This document shows, in pieces, positions 49,400-61,508 of a stretch of DNA of 64,000 nt. How positions within the stretch are numbered: position 1 is the stretch's first letter; each line of letters opens with the position of its first letter. Below the pieces are notes generated by a model. The model was not told the origin of the DNA. It saw only the letters and a program-made list of their open reading frames with translations, and ran no database searches. The position numbers were made by a program, and so were the translations under genes. This stretch comes from Hyphochytrium catenoides (Eukaryota > Protista > Hyphochytriomycota): NCBI GenBank assembly GCA_900088475.1, contig FLMG01000135.1:62001-126000 (forward strand). The letters run 5' to 3'.

Positions 49400-52300
49400 A
49401 TGGGGAATGTCGATGGTGATGGAACGAACGGCCCCAAACCGGTGGGGGCCCCGGTGCAGAAGAAACGCGTGGCTCTTATAACACTCGCGCCAGGCCATGG
49501 CTTGCCAGCAGCAGTCTCACCAGACGGTCCGACTAATAACTATGGTGCCGCAGTGGTCCCTAGACCACAGAACTGCATCCGATTCGTCGTCTCGCTTAAG
49601 GAAAACCCTGAAGTCAGTCTTAAGCAGCTTATTCGTCAGGCAGGGAAGGTAGGCATGTACTGCTTGCAAATTTGTGCCTTGCTAACTTTCTTTCCCTTTC
49701 AGCATCATGCAAAGCTGGCCACCCCCTTCAAAGCCCCTGAGGCCGAGCACGATGAGGTAAGTTATTGACGTGGATTGATAGCTTGTCGGGCGGGAGGCAC
49801 TAATTTGATTCCATTGGTCTAACTCGTTTAGAAAAAGCCGATTGAGAAGATTGAGGCCAACGATAGCCACCTTAGGCAGCCCCTGCCTGCAGCCACGAAC
49901 CGCTATAATGTCATTGAGAAGCTTGAACAGAAGTATGCCGGCGTCCAAGGTAAGCTATGACGCTCCTCGCAGCTTCAACCCGGATTCTAATGGATCTAGC
50001 AGTGAAGAACGATGAGGTGGACTTGGAAGCCTCATCTGGAGAGGACTCAGACGATTGGTATGACATGGACGACCCCTTCGTTGATGACTCGGAGCTCGTG
50101 CAGGAGGTGAACAAACAGGTAAGCGTTTGGTTACCTCGAAACTTCTGCGCCCGAACTACGTTAAGCTAAGCCCCTTCTCGGGCTCTGAAGAGGGCCAGTA
50201 GATTGACGAAGACCAAGCACGAAGGGTTTTTCATAAACAAAGGCACCGAGATTGAAGTAGTAAATAATAGGTAGCCTCTTAGTTTATTCCTCTCCCACTC
50301 CCCTCCATCCATGTGGGCGCCCGCTTGGTAGTTCACAGTCCTTCTCACTACTTTTCTCACAGTCCTTCTCACTACTTTTCTACGCTTCTCTCGCTCCTTT
50401 CCTCCCGCCGTGGTGGGTAATGTTACCCTGACTGAAACAGCCAAGCTGTTGAGATAGAAGGTGAAATGGTACACAGAAAGGCTTTAAAGGCAAGTGCAAG
50501 ATTTCTCCTCTGTCGTTTTTGACACTTCATCCCTCGCAAACCCTAACCCCTTTTCACTGATAAATGAAGACAAAGCCCACGAAAGCGAACAAGAAGGGAC
50601 TCAAGCCTGGTCGGGGTAGGAAGGAATATATGGAGGATTGGGACGCCGCAGCTGACGAATGGAAGCCGGGAACTGAGATAGAGGCAGCCATAGAGGAGCT
50701 GAAGAGGGCCTCTAAAGGTGCGCGGGGGTGACACCTCCCCCCATACCTTGACTTACATCATTGACTTACCACTTTCTGCTTTCACCGTTAAAGAGGGATC
50801 CAAAGCTACCTCTGTCAAGTACTTCCCACGTCATTTGGATGATCATCTCGCCAAGGTATTAGGTGCTACGTGCACTCTTTACGTTGTCTCTCTTCCAGCT
50901 AGTTCTGTACTTCACTGTGATCCGTGATCGCGCATGAGGATAATAGCGACCTGATGATCCAGGTTGACGCGCTCGTATTGGCCAAACACAATAGAAAGCG
51001 GCCCAACGCGTACTTTGCCCGATTGATGAGGTTTCTTCCTTACTCAAATTCAGTTCTTAAGGTAAGAGATATTGTTGCTGTCATCGTCTTTTAAAGTGAG
51101 ACTTTCTTATTGTGGACGCAGAATTCTATGGTGCGGTTGCAGGCAAGAGACGAGGCGGCGACCGCAAAGAAGGACTTTAAGAAGCAATTAAGTGCATTAC
51201 AGGCAATTGTATGATAAGTTGTAGCTGTCCTGACATCTGCACCTACTGACCCTGTCTCCGCCTATTACCAAGATCAAAGGAAGAAGCGAGAGCTTCATAG
51301 AAGAAAAGCTTAGTGAGTTTGTATGGGATGCGGACTCGAAGCTTCTTCTATACAACACTGTCACAGCCCATGAACATTATGTAAGCAAAGCCAACGAGTA
51401 CAGGTAAATGGGCTCTTTCTTCTCGACCATGAGCTGCAAGCCATCAATGAAATTGTTCCTGCAGGGACAAGCTTAAGCCGCTAGATCGGAAGATAATGCA
51501 GGAGCAAGACTACAAGAAGCTCAAGCCCTTGAGAGAGAAAGCGAAGTTGTGGACCAAGGTAGTGTTACACTATCTCTCAACTCCCTTGATAAATTTATCC
51601 TTCATCTTGTTAGGCGTCTTCTCCAACCTCATTCCCTCTCAGCCTATCTCCCTTCTTTGGCTGGGACTATTTCTAGCCTCATCTTTCTTCTACCATGGGG
51701 TACAGATCGCCAGCTTCTTTCCGAAAGAAATGCAGTTGGACGCTGAGAAGATCAAGAAAGCCTACGTTTCTATCAGCCGGTCCGAGAAGCGCCGCAGGGA
51801 GAGAGAGGGAGAATCAGTTGAAGTTGAAAAGGAAGAATTGAGCGAATGTAAGAGCTGCAAGCTCTTCTTCCGCTTCCTGAAGTCACCTTCTCTGAATGCT
51901 CCTGTTATCAATGTACCGGAGGTCGCTACTATCATCTTATCACTAGTTTGAAATCAACCTCGCATGATTTAAGTCTTTGCGTCTTCGACCACCCCCTTAT
52001 CTTACTGGTCTCATGTTGTATTCAGCGTCAAGGCCCAAGAAGAAGGTGAAGACAAGCTCTGCTGAGCTCAAGGGCTCGGCAGGCAAACCGTCGAAGAACG
52101 ACATCGCCATAGATGCTCGACCACCGTCGCTTAAGAGGCCTAAGCCTTTGGAGAACAAGAAGACGAAACCAAGCTCTAGCGTGAAGAAAGAGAAAAGCAA
52201 GTCTGGAACAGGCTCGGGAGAGAAGGATTCGGCAACGACTGGGAAAAAGAAAAGCAAGAGTATACACGCCAAAGACAGCGATCTGGCCAGGAAGGACAGT

Positions 52301-52486
52301 AAGGGAGGTGAAAGGCCGACGGAAACCTCATCTCCACAGAAAACAAGTACCGTAGAACGGCTATCTAGTGCAGCTTCTTCGCCTGCTAGGGGACAAGCAC
52401 AATCGAAGGGGCCTATCCGCGGGCGTGAGTTTGACGAATGCCCATCCTTCGATGAGGCGGACTTTAGGCTTGGTGCTGTCCGATAG
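49400..52486 (+). CDS. UBN1: Ubinuclein/Hpc2-like HIRA-complex subunit (HRD domain), multi-exon
   Basis: NVIEKLEQKYAG, DWYDMDDPFVDDSEL and TKHEGFFINKG make up the Hpc2-related domain signature; Lys/Ser-rich basic C-terminus. Confidence 0.82.
50333..50380. repeat. Perfect intronic tandem duplication, 24 nt x2 (ubinuclein intron)
   Basis: tcacagtccttctcactacttttc at 50333-50356 and 50357-50380. Confidence 0.92.
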
Positions 52487-53084
52487 TCCACGAAGGAATT
52501 TGCGAGGGGTAGTGAGCACTTTTTGCTGCTGCGTCCAAGGAGAATGTATGTTAGCATGGGCTTGGCCTCTTCTTGTATATTGAGCACACCAATTATGCAA
52601 TGAATGACCTTAACCTGTTGCTAAGAGGCAAAGGTAGTAGTCGACAGCGAACGGAGGCTCAGCCTCGCCTCATGAGCTCTTTGCTGACGAGCTGAAGGAT
52701 CTCTGACGCTCTGGTAACCTTTCGTGGAGCTGAAGTACTTGGGCTTACCCATTAAGTTGACCCTTGTTATCTATTATCTTCTGACCTCCCTCTGCTGTCT
52801 TCAAGTGCATGGGATCTGGGAGCTGTGCAAACCTGGGCCCCATATCAAATACGCCGTTACAATCTGTCATCCAGAGTGGGTGGGAACAGAGTAGCTCTTT
52901 TCGCTTAATTTAGAGCTGGGATGGGTGGGCCAACGGGTGACTTCCCGATTTGTTGAGGTTTGATGTTGAAGTTTGAAGACGGTGATGGGCAACAGGAGAG
53001 CCAGCTCTGAGGGCACGGCGGTCTATGGCTCGTAGTAGATGCGTCGTGAGTAGAAGGGGAGACGCCAGCTAGCCACAGCATGAC

Positions 53085-53135
53085 GAAGAGAGAGAGAAAG
53101 AAGAAAGAGAGAGAAAGGAAGAGAGAGAGAGAGAG
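53085..53135. repeat. Polypurine (GA-rich) tract
   Basis: About 50 consecutive purines, gaagagagagagaaagaagaaagagagagaaaggaagagagagagagagag. Confidence 0.85.
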
Positions 53136-53696
53136 CGTTGGAGATGGAAGCCTACGCAGGGTAAATCAGCGCGACGAAGGAGAGAAGAGAGGAGTGAGGG
53201 AGAAGAGGAAAGAAAAGAGCCAGAGGAGCAAAGGACAGAGAGAAGAAGGGCAAGTGACGAGGAAGGGCAAGAGTGACGAGACGTCATCGAAGAGATGGGA
53301 AGGAAAAGTGCAGCCTTGCCAGTAACAGGAGACAGCTGAGGTTTTAGCTAGAGCAGCTACATAGAATGGATAGGTCTGGAAGAAAAACACGCTGTGGGGG
53401 AACAAATGTAGGACGGGGCCTTTCTGGTCATCCTGAAATGCTATCAATGAAGAGGAAGAAAAGAGCGGCGAAGCAGGAGACTAGTTGTAGCTGAGAGACG
53501 AGGACGAACGTGAAAGAGGAGACCGTGATATAGAAGTCAAAGAAACAAGCAGAGAGACCTTATCAATAGTAAATGGGACCTTATACTCTCATCTCCCTCT
53601 AACTTCACCACCTCTGAGAGCCCAGTGGCTTATCATCTGAACATTTATTTGATAGCCAGAGATCTTGCTCTAAACCTTACTACGGGACGCACCACT

Positions 53697-55516
53697 ATGG
53701 AGAAAAAAGACGGTGTTATGTGGTCCACCAATGTTCAACCCTGGCGGCGATCAAAGCGCCTGACAGCCTACCTACAGCAATCCAGCAAGTGGGTTCTCAC
53801 ACTCTATGCTGCGGCCACCAGCTGCACCATCTATCTCATCATCTATGGCTTCAGACGACCATGGACGTCAGGAGATTGGGGAGAACAGAAGATCTTTGGG
53901 TTGAACCGTAAGGTGGCAATGCAAATATGTCAGACCATGGGGATTGTTCTCGGAAAAGCCAGCACAGTCTATGTTGCCAGCAACTTGCAAGATTCCTCTC
54001 GTTTCTCAGCCCTCTGCGGTCTCCCTCTTCTCTCTGTTTTGATGTGGATAGGGGTCGGTCTTACTTATGACACCACGTGGGGCCCTCTCCTCTTCATCTT
54101 CTTTACTGCCGCTCCTCTGGCTTATGCCTGGTCTCTTCTCTACCGCTATTTGGAGGGCCGTAGCACAGGTGACTTCCTTGGCGCCGTCCTGTCCTCAGCG
54201 ATGATCTTTGGCAGCGGCATTGCAAAGTCCTTAGGTGGCGCAGTGGAGCCCGTTGTAGGGAGTCAATGGATGCCAACAGCTTGCTGCTTTTTACTCCTTC
54301 CTATTTACCTGGCAGCCTGCTATCTGATAGACAGCCTTCCACCTCCTTCTTCGAGTGAACAGGAAAAATATGGCGTAAGACAGGCCATGTCTAGAGCCCA
54401 GCAGCGGGAGTTCTTTGTTAAATATTGGCCGGGGCTACTTCCTACCACCGTCTCTTACGTGCTTCTTTCTGCCATCAAGGACTTCCGAGACACTTTTCAG
54501 GCTGAAATTTTCTCGGAGGCGGCGGCATGGAACGGCAAAGGTGAAGGTCTGGAAGGGGGAGGCTTGCCCGACCCTGCCACGTATACCGCCACAGAGGTGC
54601 CTGTTACGGTGTTCATTCTCTTTGCTCTTAGCTCGCTTAACCTCATTGAAGACAGCGGAAAGAGTGTTATCATTCAGTACATTCTACAGCTTCTGGGTAC
54701 GTCATCAGCCCATCTAACCCTCGCTCACTTCTAGCTACGTCTCATTGCACGTACTCTTCGTTGCCCTCCTGCCTTGTTTGTCGATGTCTCCCCTCTCTGG
54801 CATCCTGTTGTTGAACTCCTCTCGAAAGCATGTCAACCTACTAGGTACATTCGCCTTTCTCTCTGACATTTAAGTTGCATCGTCCTAGCCAACCTTCCTA
54901 ACTGAGGACTGCTGTAGGGCTCGTGCTTTGCATCCTTTCGCAGTTACTCTTCAACGCGGAGTACCTCAGTGTGGGCGTGTGGTATGTTGCGATTGGTATT
55001 GGGAGCTTCCTGGCGTTCCTTCCAACTGGATCCATGCTTTATGATCGGCTGATGGGAGCTATCAAGCAGCCTGGAACAGCTGTCTTCATGATCAACATCT
55101 CAGACACTGCCGGCTACTCTGGGACGATCTTGTTGCTGCTATTTCAATCGTTCGGGTCAGGGAGCTACCTTCTTGTAGAGGATCAGAAGAGCGGAGGCGT
55201 CACTGGACCAAAGAGTAGAGGGACTTATACAGCGTCATTGGGAACATTCATCATCTATGGGTGTTCGTTGTGCGCACTCTCTCTCCTTTGGGCTCTCGTC
55301 TACTGGGGCAGAACAATATTGCGCATCCGCTCTGGAGTGCGCAATACTACATCGAAGGGGACGACAGCAGTGGCGATAGATGGAGGAGAAGGCGATGCTG
55401 GAGTAGGAGTTGGAGCGCAGAAGGGAGAGGCGATAGTGCTCTCTAGTGTCAAGCTTTCAGAGAGTTCGGAAGGAATGAGGAGGGTCGCCAGCAATAGTGG
55501 CCAAGCTTCAACATGA
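53697..55516 (+). CDS. DUF5690-like MFS-type membrane protein, one intron (54697-54917)
   Basis: Multiple TM segments; YGFRRPW, KVAMQICQTMGIVLGK, YLEGRSTGDFLGAVLSSAMIFGSGIAKSLG, WMP, PPPS, KDFRDTF, YTATEVP, LYDRLMG..GTAVFMINISDTAGYSG. These match DUF5690-family motifs as I recall them. Confidence 0.75.
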
Positions 55517-55772
55517 GAGATAGACCTTGTAAGCCCTCCAGGGTATAATTGAATGACAATTTAAGTTACATCATGAACAGGGGAACATGTAGCCTTTCTG
55601 TGGCTCGATGGTCCTTTCTCCTTGATCAGTCTTCATCGGCTTCCCGCTTGTTCTCTATATGCTAGGCCATACCTCAGCCGTACACACCAGGTGGAGGGAC
55701 CGAGAGAAGAGCTGGAGAAACCCGAGTCCAGAAGGCATGTCGCTGACTGGCTCTAATGCGCGCAGGGTCTGT

Positions 55773-58700
55773 TTAAGCTTTTCTGGACTTCTTCTTTGCA
55801 TTGCCCTTATTGACAGCTTTCCTTTTGATCGACGCGACCAGCTGGGCGACTGACACGTCCTGGAAGGGGACAGCAAAAGTAACAGCGTTTAGCGAGACTT
55901 TACTTTTGTTCTGAACCTTTGTCTCTCCTATCCACTCCAGCGTCTTTCGCTGTTTTCAGGGTCTCTATGTTGCTCTCCTGGCTCTTGACTCTGACAGGTC
56001 TCAGTTCTCTGAAGTGTCTCTTGGGATGTAAATGTCTCTCTCCCGTTCCACTTGACCTTTCTTACCGGCGGAGCCTGTTCGCCTGAGACTCCATTCGCAC
56101 TTGATGAGCCGTCATGCCCCTCCTTGGCTGCAACTGCGTCCTTCTTCCCGCGCTGCTCCTTCAGGCGGCGCTGTCGTTCCTTCATTAGCTGCTGCATGGC
56201 CTGTTGCAAAGTGTTTGTGTTAGGAGTCCACGGCCAGTCAGTACTAACTAGCAACCAGATGCGACACCCCATCGCACTCCTTTTTCTAGCATCCCTCCTG
56301 CAACCACGCACAGTACTGGCCAAGCGAAACGATGCATTGACATGTACCATTTGGCGTCAACGCGCCTTTCCGCTTCGTTGCTCTGAACTACCGGTGACAT
56401 CGGTTCTATGAGCCCTATTCGGACACTTACATTGGACTCTTTAAACCTCGAATCGGTGGGATCGATCGCAAACTTGTCACTGTCTCCAAAGAGAGCACCA
56501 AAGCGGTCGTCTCGTAAATCAATCGTAAAGTCCTCCTGTAGCGCTGCCCCACTTTGGCGCTGCTCCTCCTTCTTCTTCCTCTTTCCCCTTAACTTTTTGT
56601 TGGCCAGAGCATCCCGTCGGAGAATAGCATTCATATCGAAATCACGCCGAAGTTCTTCCTCCTGAACATGCGTGAGATCCAAGCACAGGTCAGGCCAACG
56701 GGGGAAGAAGAAGAAGAGTAAAATGAAGGCATACAACCCAAAGACGAAATAGACAGCTATCGAGTACTTAAACATGGTCACAAGAGGGCTGGGGAAAGGG
56801 AACGCTGCATTGTAGTCTCACCTCATCACTTCTCATCAGCGTTTCCAGGTCCTCCTTTGTTGGCTCGTCCTCGTTATCCAGTCCAGCCTCGCCCTTCTTT
56901 TTGCCTTTTTCTTTTTGAGACGAGGTTTTCTCCTTTTCCCGTTTGACCGTCTCAACTTCACCATCCTTAGCGGCAAGCTTTTTCTGCCTCCGCCTTTCCT
57001 TCTTCTTCTCCTTCTTCTCTCTCTGGTACTTCTCCCAGGGTGTCTCCGTCTTCGAAGAGCAATAAATGATCGAGAGTCGGGTCAGAAGAGAAAGTCACTA
57101 GAGCACACAACAATTAACGAAGTAGTAGCGACGCGCCCTTGGACAGACGGTAGAAGATGGTCAAAGCATGGTAATGGACGATAAAGGCTAACGCAAGGCT
57201 GCCTCCTGATGATGACTTTAGACAGTCGTACCTTTTCCAAGTCCTTCTTCTTCTTCTTCTCAAGAATTTCCTTGCCCAAGTCAGGCACAAAGGTAAACTC
57301 CTTCTCTCCCTCTTCGTCATCATCTTCCTCTAATGGCTCCTCCAAGGCACTATCTGACTCGCCATCACTATTTCCAAGCAGAGCCTTATACTACACAAAG
57401 AAGAAAGTGAACTTTTCCATTGTGTCCACCCAGCTCACCACTAGAGAGGTAGCGAAATACGAAGAGAAGGAATGAGGGGGGAAAAGCTAGAATGGGAACC
57501 TCCTGTTCAGCCTACAGGCAGGTTTTAGGGGATAGAAAGCTTCCTGTAAACCCATGACAGGGGTGATGACTGAAAAGTCTCCTGCAGAACCGGCTCACCT
57601 TCCTTCGCAAATCCTTCACCTTCTTGTCACTTTTCTTTCCCTTGCTCTTGTTCCTATCTTCATCTATACGCTCGTCCCCTTCTTCTTCCTCAGCCTCATC
57701 CGACGAAGAAGCGGAAGCAATGAACGCTTGGAAATCTGAGTCCTGCATCTCTCTCCATTGATTGAATCGAGTCAACTTGCTGGCGCGTTCCTGTAAGGAT
57801 TGAAATCAAAGGAGACTTGTTAGACGAAGATCCTTTAAGGCAAAGCCTAGAACGAAAACGGGACGGAATTACTGAGCACTCAAGAAGCCAGCAAGAGCCA
57901 TTAGAGCCAACAGAGAGTATAGCCACAACCTGGTTCTAAAGGCAAATAGAATGCAAACGCGATTGTACGATGACGGCATCGCGACGTACCTCATCTTCAT
58001 CCTCCCACGAAAGGTCAACGTTTGTCTGCTGTAGAGCTTTGCTGGCAAACAAAGGAGGCCGGTAATTCGTCGGTACGGTGTGGGCCACCTCACGGGGTGG
58101 CGCATGGGAGAACTCCTGATCGTCAGGAATAAACCTCAAGTCAAATCGACATGAAGAGCGCTGTTGTTGAGGGAGAATAGTTAGATGGTGACCATTGGTA
58201 ACGTTAGCTGGCAATGATAATCAAACCGGAACTTTCTAGGGATAGTGAACGGCCACACGGCAGGGGCTAGCAGTATACCGTCGTAAGAAGAAAGGCACAT
58301 GGAAGTGGGGGATGTACTTCGAGCTTCCAATCACATGGAAACTTGGGATCGGTAGTCAAAAGTAGTAAAGGATTATGACCCAAGTCCTCGGCAGCAGCCC
58401 AACGACTCCTCACTTATAGCCAGCCAGGAAGGAAAAAAATGGGCCATAAAATGATCTAAGATCCGAGGCAGAGAACGCCCGCTAACCTCAAATTCCAACT
58501 TGTCACATTGGTCATATATCACAGCAGCTGTCCGGGCAGAATCGCAGGTGACGACGGCGAAGTAATACTTCAATTTCTGCCGCTCATAGCGCTTGATGCG
58601 AGCTTTCATCAGCTCTTCCTCTAAGAGTTTCTGCTTGTCGCTCTTACGCTCAAGCTTGAAAGGATCCTCATTGTCGTCCTCATCTGTATCACCATCTAGC

Positions 58701-60424
58701 GATATCATTTAATTTAGTTGAATGCCACGGCCGAGAGAGGAAGGAGAGGAGAGGCATGCTAAAAGAGCATTTCGACAACTTCACCTTCGTTGCTTGAGGT
58801 ATTGCCTCCGTCATTTTCCTCTGGCTCTCCTTTACTCATCTCAGCTTCGGAACTGTCTTGGTCTCCCTCATCTGAAGTGCTATTTGAATTATTGTCGCTA
58901 TGCCTGTCGGCACTGTGTTCTATTGAGCCTATCTTAGGGGTGCCCTTCAGAACATCTCTCGGGCCGTACTTTTCTTCTTCCGCCTGCCGCAATGGCAGGA
59001 GAGTGAAGTAATTGAGTAGTTGAAATACCTACGCGTCGAAATAGCCAGCTCTTACCATTTTTTCAAGTCCATACTGCGAGGGATAGACTGCAACCGAGTC
59101 CACGCTCCCTGAGCTGGGACAGAAGGACTAGAATAGTGTTACCACCGTGCAGCTTGAGTAGATCTACACCTCCATATTCAGCTCGCAAATGATGATCTCT
59201 TCTCCATTTCTCTCGTTGGTCAATAGATTGCAGATTGCATGCCTCTATTTCCTTTCTGTGCCCAGGTACCGCGAGTTCCTTACACTCCTCTGGTATACGT
59301 TTATCCCCCTCCGACCTCTTCAACCCAAGTCTCCCTATGAAGCTCTCTTACTCGATCTTCAAGTCTTCAACCCACCCTCTCTTAAAGCTTTCTTTAACCG
59401 TTATGCCCTTACCTGAAAAACAGCTAAGAGGTCCACGGCTTTCATCCTCGACCAGTCGCATCCCAGCACAGCAATCCGCTTAGTCTCTTCACCTAAGGGA
59501 ACATCTTCCTCTTCCTCGATAAACTCTTCCTCGATCGCCGCCCATTCGTCCTCATCCATATCAATGCCGCTTTCTTCTTCCTCGCTGCCATCTCTATCTT
59601 CGTTCGCTGAGCTCTCTGAGAGCTCGTCCTCGTTCTCAATCTCTCCTCGTGCTAACTTGTTCAAATACTCTATCCTCTCCTCTTTTTTGGTCTTCGGACC
59701 TGCAGGCTCTTCCTCAAACTCTTCCTCAATATCCTCGGCACTCTCGTCAGGTTTGGAGGCGCTGTCTTCTTCATCTTCTTCACTATCTTCTGTCTCTTCG
59801 CTTTCCTCATCTTCGCCCGCTTTCATGCCGCCTCTCCGTTTATCTTTGACATAGTGATGGTCTCCCTTCTTCTCTGCCCCTTCTCCATCTCCTTCTTCCT
59901 CATCTTCTTCATCTTCTTCTGCCAATTTATAAAACTCTTTCATCTCTGCTGCAGTCTTCCTCGTCCCTTCTTTCTTGCTAATCTTCCTGCCATACTGGTC
60001 AATTGGAGCTGCATGATCGAAACCCTGGAGTTAGTCGGCCATCGGAACCGGGAGACATAGTGCCCAAAGGCATCCCTAAGACACACACAAACCTTTCGGT
60101 AACTGAAAGCGCTTGTCTGTGAGAAGGCCCTGAAAGCGCTTATCAATTTTCACCTTGCTCTTGCCTTTCACTGGCCGAGAGAATCGCTGCAGCCACGGGA
60201 GTAAAAAGGTAGACATCAGAGAAAGATGTAGCACATCGTTAAGTGAGGTAAGATAAGCGCATGGCAAAGAAAGAGGAGGAGGTGACAGTCGGCCGAGAAG
60301 TCTCAACGCAGAAGTACGGTAAATAGCGTTCAGTCCACCATCTGCCGCTTACCGGGTCTGTATGGACTTTAGCAAACCTGCTGTCCGTGACAACATCAGC
60401 CTTACCGCCCTTGGAGGTAGACAT
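55773..60424 (-). CDS. ESF1: Pre-rRNA-processing protein ESF1 (NUC153 domain), multi-exon
   Basis: DSRFAKVHTDPRF..KVKIDKRFQGLL, IDQYGRK, ETKRIAVLGCDWSRMKAVDL, RYERQKLKYYFAVVTCDS, DLRFIPDD, ALQQTNVDLSWE, NUC153 DLRDDRFGALF...FAIDPTDSRFK, acidic tracts. Confidence 0.95.
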
Positions 60425-61147
60425 TCTGAACTATGACCGGCAGCAACCAGCGGCCAAATAGCTTTCAGGACCTCACAGAAAGCAAGACAGGCTTAGAGTT
60501 GCTATGTTGAAGCAAGCTTGCACCTTGATGAAGTCGCACTGCGTAGTACGTCACGGCCACGTAGAAAGAATCGTGAAAGGTTCGGAGGGAACGGTGCAAT
60601 GGTTAACAGCTGACTTGCCCCTCTGTCATACGATGCGAGTAGCCACCGTCGTCTATCCTACTATGTAGGCTGGGTCTAGGACACTGCGGTGCTCTGCTAT
60701 CTCTGTTGACACCCTCAATGTCTTCCTTCTCCTCCAAGGATGGTACCTCCTTAGGTTCTCTCTGTTTTATCTGCTGTCTTCTCTTCTCTCGTAGCTTTCT
60801 GCGCATCTCCACTGCGCGCGGTCTGGCGGTGGTTCTGATCGCTTCCTTTCACTGCCCGCCCGCTTCTGATCCCCCACAGAAATGGCTGGAGTTAACCAGC
60901 CATGCGGATTCTTGAACGGGTCTAGTTCCTAACCTAATACTAGTTGTGTTATTCTGAATGTGAGCAGGGGTAATGTGTGAAAGGCAGTTGATGTGGGGCT
61001 GGGCGGCACGAGGCCATAGATATATACAGAGATCGGCAGCCACAGCGCTTCGGAGGAAGGAATATCTTCGAGTTCCTTCAATGGTGGTGTGGGTCTGACC
61101 AAGTATGAGTGCTCCACCATCATCATTGTTATTGGGAGTGGATTGTT

Positions 61148-61171
61148 GCTGATGCTGATGCTGATGCTGAT
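61148..61171. repeat. (GCTGAT)4 microsatellite between ESF1 and PP5
   Basis: gctgatgctgatgctgatgctgat read directly. Confidence 0.85.
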
Positions 61172-61508
61172 GCTGCTGCTCCTGCTGCTGGCATCATCAT
61201 CAGATACGGCACGCTCTGCCTCCGCAGCAGCCTTCACCTCGAGCATCACTTTCGCAGCTCACACCGACTGCCGTCTCGAACGTTTGAAGGCTCTTTGAAG
61301 AGAAGAATAGCATATTTCAGAAGCGGTGATCTGGAGCTCCGGAGGCTCATAAGGGAAAGCCAGACTGGGGCCCTCCAGAGAGAAGAGTTCACGGACACGC
61401 GTGCTCTGAACTTCTGTCTTCTCCAGCTTCTTAGCTCGGTTTTCTCCTTATCTGCATTCTATTCCTAGTAGTCTCCAGTCTTATCCCATCTTGGGCCTGC
61501 TCACAGCC

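Noticed and set aside
60929-61468. ORFs with SISISI or ADADAD runs between ESF1 and PP5
   Set aside because: Produced by the (GCTGAT)n microsatellite in a divergent promoter region.
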